Below are positions 60,048 through 64,000 of a stretch of 64,000 bases of DNA, in pieces. Source of the stretch: Macrostomum lignano (taxonomy: Eukaryota); NCBI GenBank assembly GCA_002269645.1, contig NIVC01000714.1:186001-250000 (forward strand). Reading direction: 5' to 3'. The position numbers and the translations under genes are program-made. Each line of letters starts with the position of its first letter. The stretch's first letter is position 1. The notes under the pieces are model-generated. The model saw only the letters and a program-made list of their open reading frames with translations. It was not told where the DNA came from and searched no databases.

Positions 60048-63000
60048 CTACAGCTATGGCGGAACACTATCTAAAAATATTATTGCCTGAAAGACCCAAC
60101 CAAAAGTTAACTTCCATATTCCAGAAGGTGGCCTTTACCCCAGAAAATTCTGGTGTATTTTGGCATTTTGACAATCTTGGCATACATTTGGCATATAGAA
60201 TTTTCAGGTTCAACATGAAGCACACATAGTTGGCGTACAAAAAATTTCCCTGTTAGAGTTAATGTACTCATGTAGTTAAATATCAACCAGTCAAAGCTCT
60301 TAAAAATAAGTGAAAACTAAAATAAAAAATATTAATGAAATTTATGGGAAAAAGCAAAATTAAAACAAAGAATATCATTTTTAGCAAAAAATGCCATGGT
60401 AAAGTTAAAAAAAAACTGTTTCATTTATAATAATAAATAATAAAAAAATTGGCATACAAGCAACTGTGGGCTTAGTATACAAAAACATGAATTTTCATTC
60501 CCACATATGTATGCCTGCCATGATCCAGACGGCGGACTATGGGTTAACTTGACCTATACTAACTTTTTGTTTATTATAAATAAACTTTGCAATAGGACAG
60601 ACAGCAAATACATGATCATCATGACATTAGATGAAGGTGGGGCTAGGATCATAACAATGCCTATAACAGCCAGAGCCAGGCAGCCAGCCAATCATAATCA
60701 TATTCAAGTGCAAACTACTCTACCTTCTAATTCACTAACTGTCTAATTTTTTCAATAGATATTTAAATTAAATAGAATATATCTCTAAAATGTTGCAATA
60801 AACAAAATTACGCATACAAAAAAATCTCTAACTTTTTACTTTATACCTTTTTAACTTTTAATAACTTTTTGCATGACTCACAATATCTTATTATAAAAAT
60901 GGCTTCACAAGTTATTTAGCAATAATCTTTGTTGGTTTGTTTGCTGGTGGACAAAAAGGTGGCAGACAAAATGATCATGCTCCAACAAAATCTGTGCACA
61001 CTGGCAAAAACTTGTGCACTTGCATGTAATTTTTTGGCTAACTTATACAACTTTAAAAGGTATATATATATTAATATATAGTTTTTTCCAAAAAACTTGG
61101 CATGATTTTATTGAAAAGTGCAAGAAACTTGCATTGTAAAATTGTTGCTGTTGCTATGCTATTGTGGTTTTTTATTATGATTTAGGATTACATTTGTAAT
61201 TAATATTAAAAAATCTATATTTGTTCTGAACTTATTATTTAGAAATAAAAAAATTAAAGTAGAAATTAAAAATTATAGAAATTTAAAAAATTCTTTTTTA
61301 TTTATTTTCCTAGGGCCTCTTTGTTATAACTTTGTTTATATTTTAAAAAAAGTATGGTTGAATTAAATTGGGTTTTTGATATTAAGTACTAAAAATCTTT
61401 TACATTTCTTAAGCTTATTCTATCTCTCTCTCTTTCCTCTCTCTCTCTCTCTTGCTCTTTCTCTCCCTCTCTCTGTCTCTCCCTATATATATTATTCTTA
61501 TAAAGTTATAAACAGTCAACAGGACAATATAATATACATTAAAGTATTATTTTTAAAGGTTTATCTAAAGCCTATGCATTGTTTTTCCCATTGAAAAAAA
61601 TTGCAGTAACAATAAACTGATGACAACAAGTTGTTGCTTGTTGTCTCTTGTTATCACCATGTCATATATCAACCAATCAGTCTGCCAAAAAGCAGGTAGC
61701 ACTCTGGATTCAGAAGTTTACATTTGTATAATATTACTGACTTCAAGCAAGTTGGCCCTAGAGTATAGATGGGATGAATATTTAGAAAAATTGGAATCAA
61801 AACCATTATGCTAAATTTTATATCAGAGTGCCTTTTTTGCAAATTGATAAATAAAACACTTTTGTTACAGTTTCAACAAGTTTTTCTAAGTTTTTCTTTT
61901 AGAAAATACTAGTGTATACACTTGCAAATTCTTATCAAATTAATATTAAAAGACATTAGCTACTTTAACCAAGTCAACTATTTGACTATCAATAAATCAA
62001 ATAAATTTCTTAATTTTAAATATCAACAAACATGAAAAAAACAGGATATTAAACATATAAATGATGCTAGACAACATATTAATTATAGCATTTATATTAG
62101 GTGATATTAGACCTAGGTCAGCCTTTTTTATAGCAGAGGGCATCTGATATTAATTAAGTTATCTCCTATTATAGTCAATAAGAAATTTCTCTCTAATCAA
62201 ATAATAATATTATCTTAACTATCAAGTTAAGGTTATATATATAATATAATATATTAGATTATTTGAAGCTAACTAATAATATTTTTATATATATAGTTTA
62301 TTGTGTAGAATGCACAACTTCAATAGTTTTAAATCTCCTAGGCTATTATTAATTTGAAAAAAAGTGTATTTAAATTAAGGTATTAATTTGTTTTCTTATA
62401 TATAATATATAATATGGTTCCAATAATTTTATGCCAAAAGGTATACCAAAATATCTTTTAAAACATTTGTATACCAAGTGTATACTAAATATTTCCAAAT
62501 ATATAGTAGACATTTTTAGCATTTAGGTACGTGACAATCTTTAATTTAGACTGGGTGTTATTAACTATTAAATTTAGTCTAGTTTATGAGTTTATGAGTA
62601 TTTGAAATGAGTCAAATATAAAAAACAGATTTTTCATGTTTTCAATGTTTGAATTTTGAATTTTTTTTGTCCCATGGGGGTTTTATGCATTAGTCTATAT
62701 ACTAAAATGGTTTGTTGGTATCTAGGTATCTATGTAATCAATTTCAGAAAAAAATGCTAAATTCATTTTTTAAACTGTAAGAAGGCTCATTCCATATAAG
62801 CACAGTCGTAACATGACGGGCTATTTTTACTTATAAAATGAAATCTAATAATAGATTATACTAAACCAATATTTTAAATAAAAGATTATTTTGTCTAGAA
62901 TATATTTAGAGAGTTTCATATAGATATCATCATTAGTATAGATGCTATTAAACCTTAAATGACACTTATGGTCGTAACGACAGGATTTTTGACATATAGA

Positions 63001-64000
63001 AACTAGAAGGTAAAAGTCATATAACATTTTTCATTTTTGATATTTTGCAATACATTTTTAAAATTTGACTAAGAACATCTTTAGAAATCATACTCTTTTA
63101 TTAGAATATATAAACTCAAAAGGCAACAAAGATACAAAAGAAAAGGCAGCCTTATGGTTGTAACATTATGGTCGTAACATATTTTTTCTGTCAATTCAGT
63201 AACTTTGAGGTACTAATATATTAAAAATATAATAGATTATTTGGTCACCAATGCTTTTATCTGATGATGCAAGTACTTACTTTTATCTATAGTTTGTTTC
63301 AACCTTCAAAAGCTTTCTATTTGTTTTTAAAAGGTACAAAATCTTAATGATGTCTTTTGCTTCGAAAAATGTCCAAATTTTTACAAAAATGACTTTTTGC
63401 CAATTGATAACATACTAATCCAACATTTTATCATTCATTTATTCTTAGATTGTATATATTGCACATAAAAACATTTGGTAAAAAATAGGCTAATAAGGCA
63501 ATGGCAAGCAAAAATATTGACTTTTTTCTATTTTCCAAATATGTCTATCTTATATGGAATGAGTCAGAAGTATAAAAAATATGAGAATTATAAGTGTTGT
63601 ACTTATGGTTTTCTCATGGTGGCCTGGTAGGTCTTTGAATCCCATTGCTGCCACCAGTGAAGTACTTGCAGTTTTCTTGCTGTCTAGCACAATGACTTGG
63701 GCTCTCCGTCTTCTCACTTGGAAGCCTTCTTAACTCTTAGTAGCGCAGGTAGTGCTGCCACCAGTTCCTTCAGGTCTTGGCCTTCAATGAAGTGAGCTTC
63801 CCATCGGAACGAAATAACGAAGTCAATGAACTCAGCACCGGGTGCAGATTTATAGTTCAATGTACAAGGTGTCTCGTCAGCAGCACCTGCCAGGCTTGGT
63901 TGGTTCAGGGAGGGCTGAGTTAGCCTCTCGTAGGCTTGAGGTTGGGCTTTAGTGGGGTCTCAGTCAGACCAGTACAAGCAGATTCAGTGTATGCAAAGGG

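Noticed and set aside
63600-64000. ATG-less minus-strand frame of about 75 codons (…FVISFRWEAHFIEGQDLKELVAALPALLRV…)
   Set aside because: Fragmentary, stop-bounded and at the window edge. Possibly a transposase relic but not assignable.

Overview
This is eukaryotic (animal) genomic DNA with GT-AG introns, GC-rich exons and introns/intergenic DNA filled with micro- and minisatellites. A near-match to the flatworm spliced-leader sequence (recalled from the literature) plus the repeat landscape suggest a flatworm such as Macrostomum; the species is inferred, not shown. Seven protein-coding genes can be built with consistent splice phases: a GPI-type Thr-rich mucin-like protein (-), glutamate dehydrogenase (+), a DCC1/DUF393 thiol-disulfide oxidoreductase (+), NDUFB7 (+), an innexin (-), a DEG/ENaC channel (+) and a BTB protein (+). 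Mobile DNA includes a Ty3/Gypsy gag-pol fragment with a G_GGA_AAC -1 frameshift site, a decayed Crypton/DUF3504-like remnant, four LINE 3' ends, a tRNA-SINE, and two MITEs with 8-bp TSDs. Most ORFs in the supplied track are artefacts of about 25 tandem arrays. The best leads are a possible trans-spliced cluster of three mitochondrial genes in which the DCC1-like gene may take its start codon from the spliced leader, an SL-like sequence wedged between a SINE and a LINE, tRNA-like heads placed next to satellite arrays, and visible step-wise satellite turnover. No CRISPR array or rRNA gene was found.
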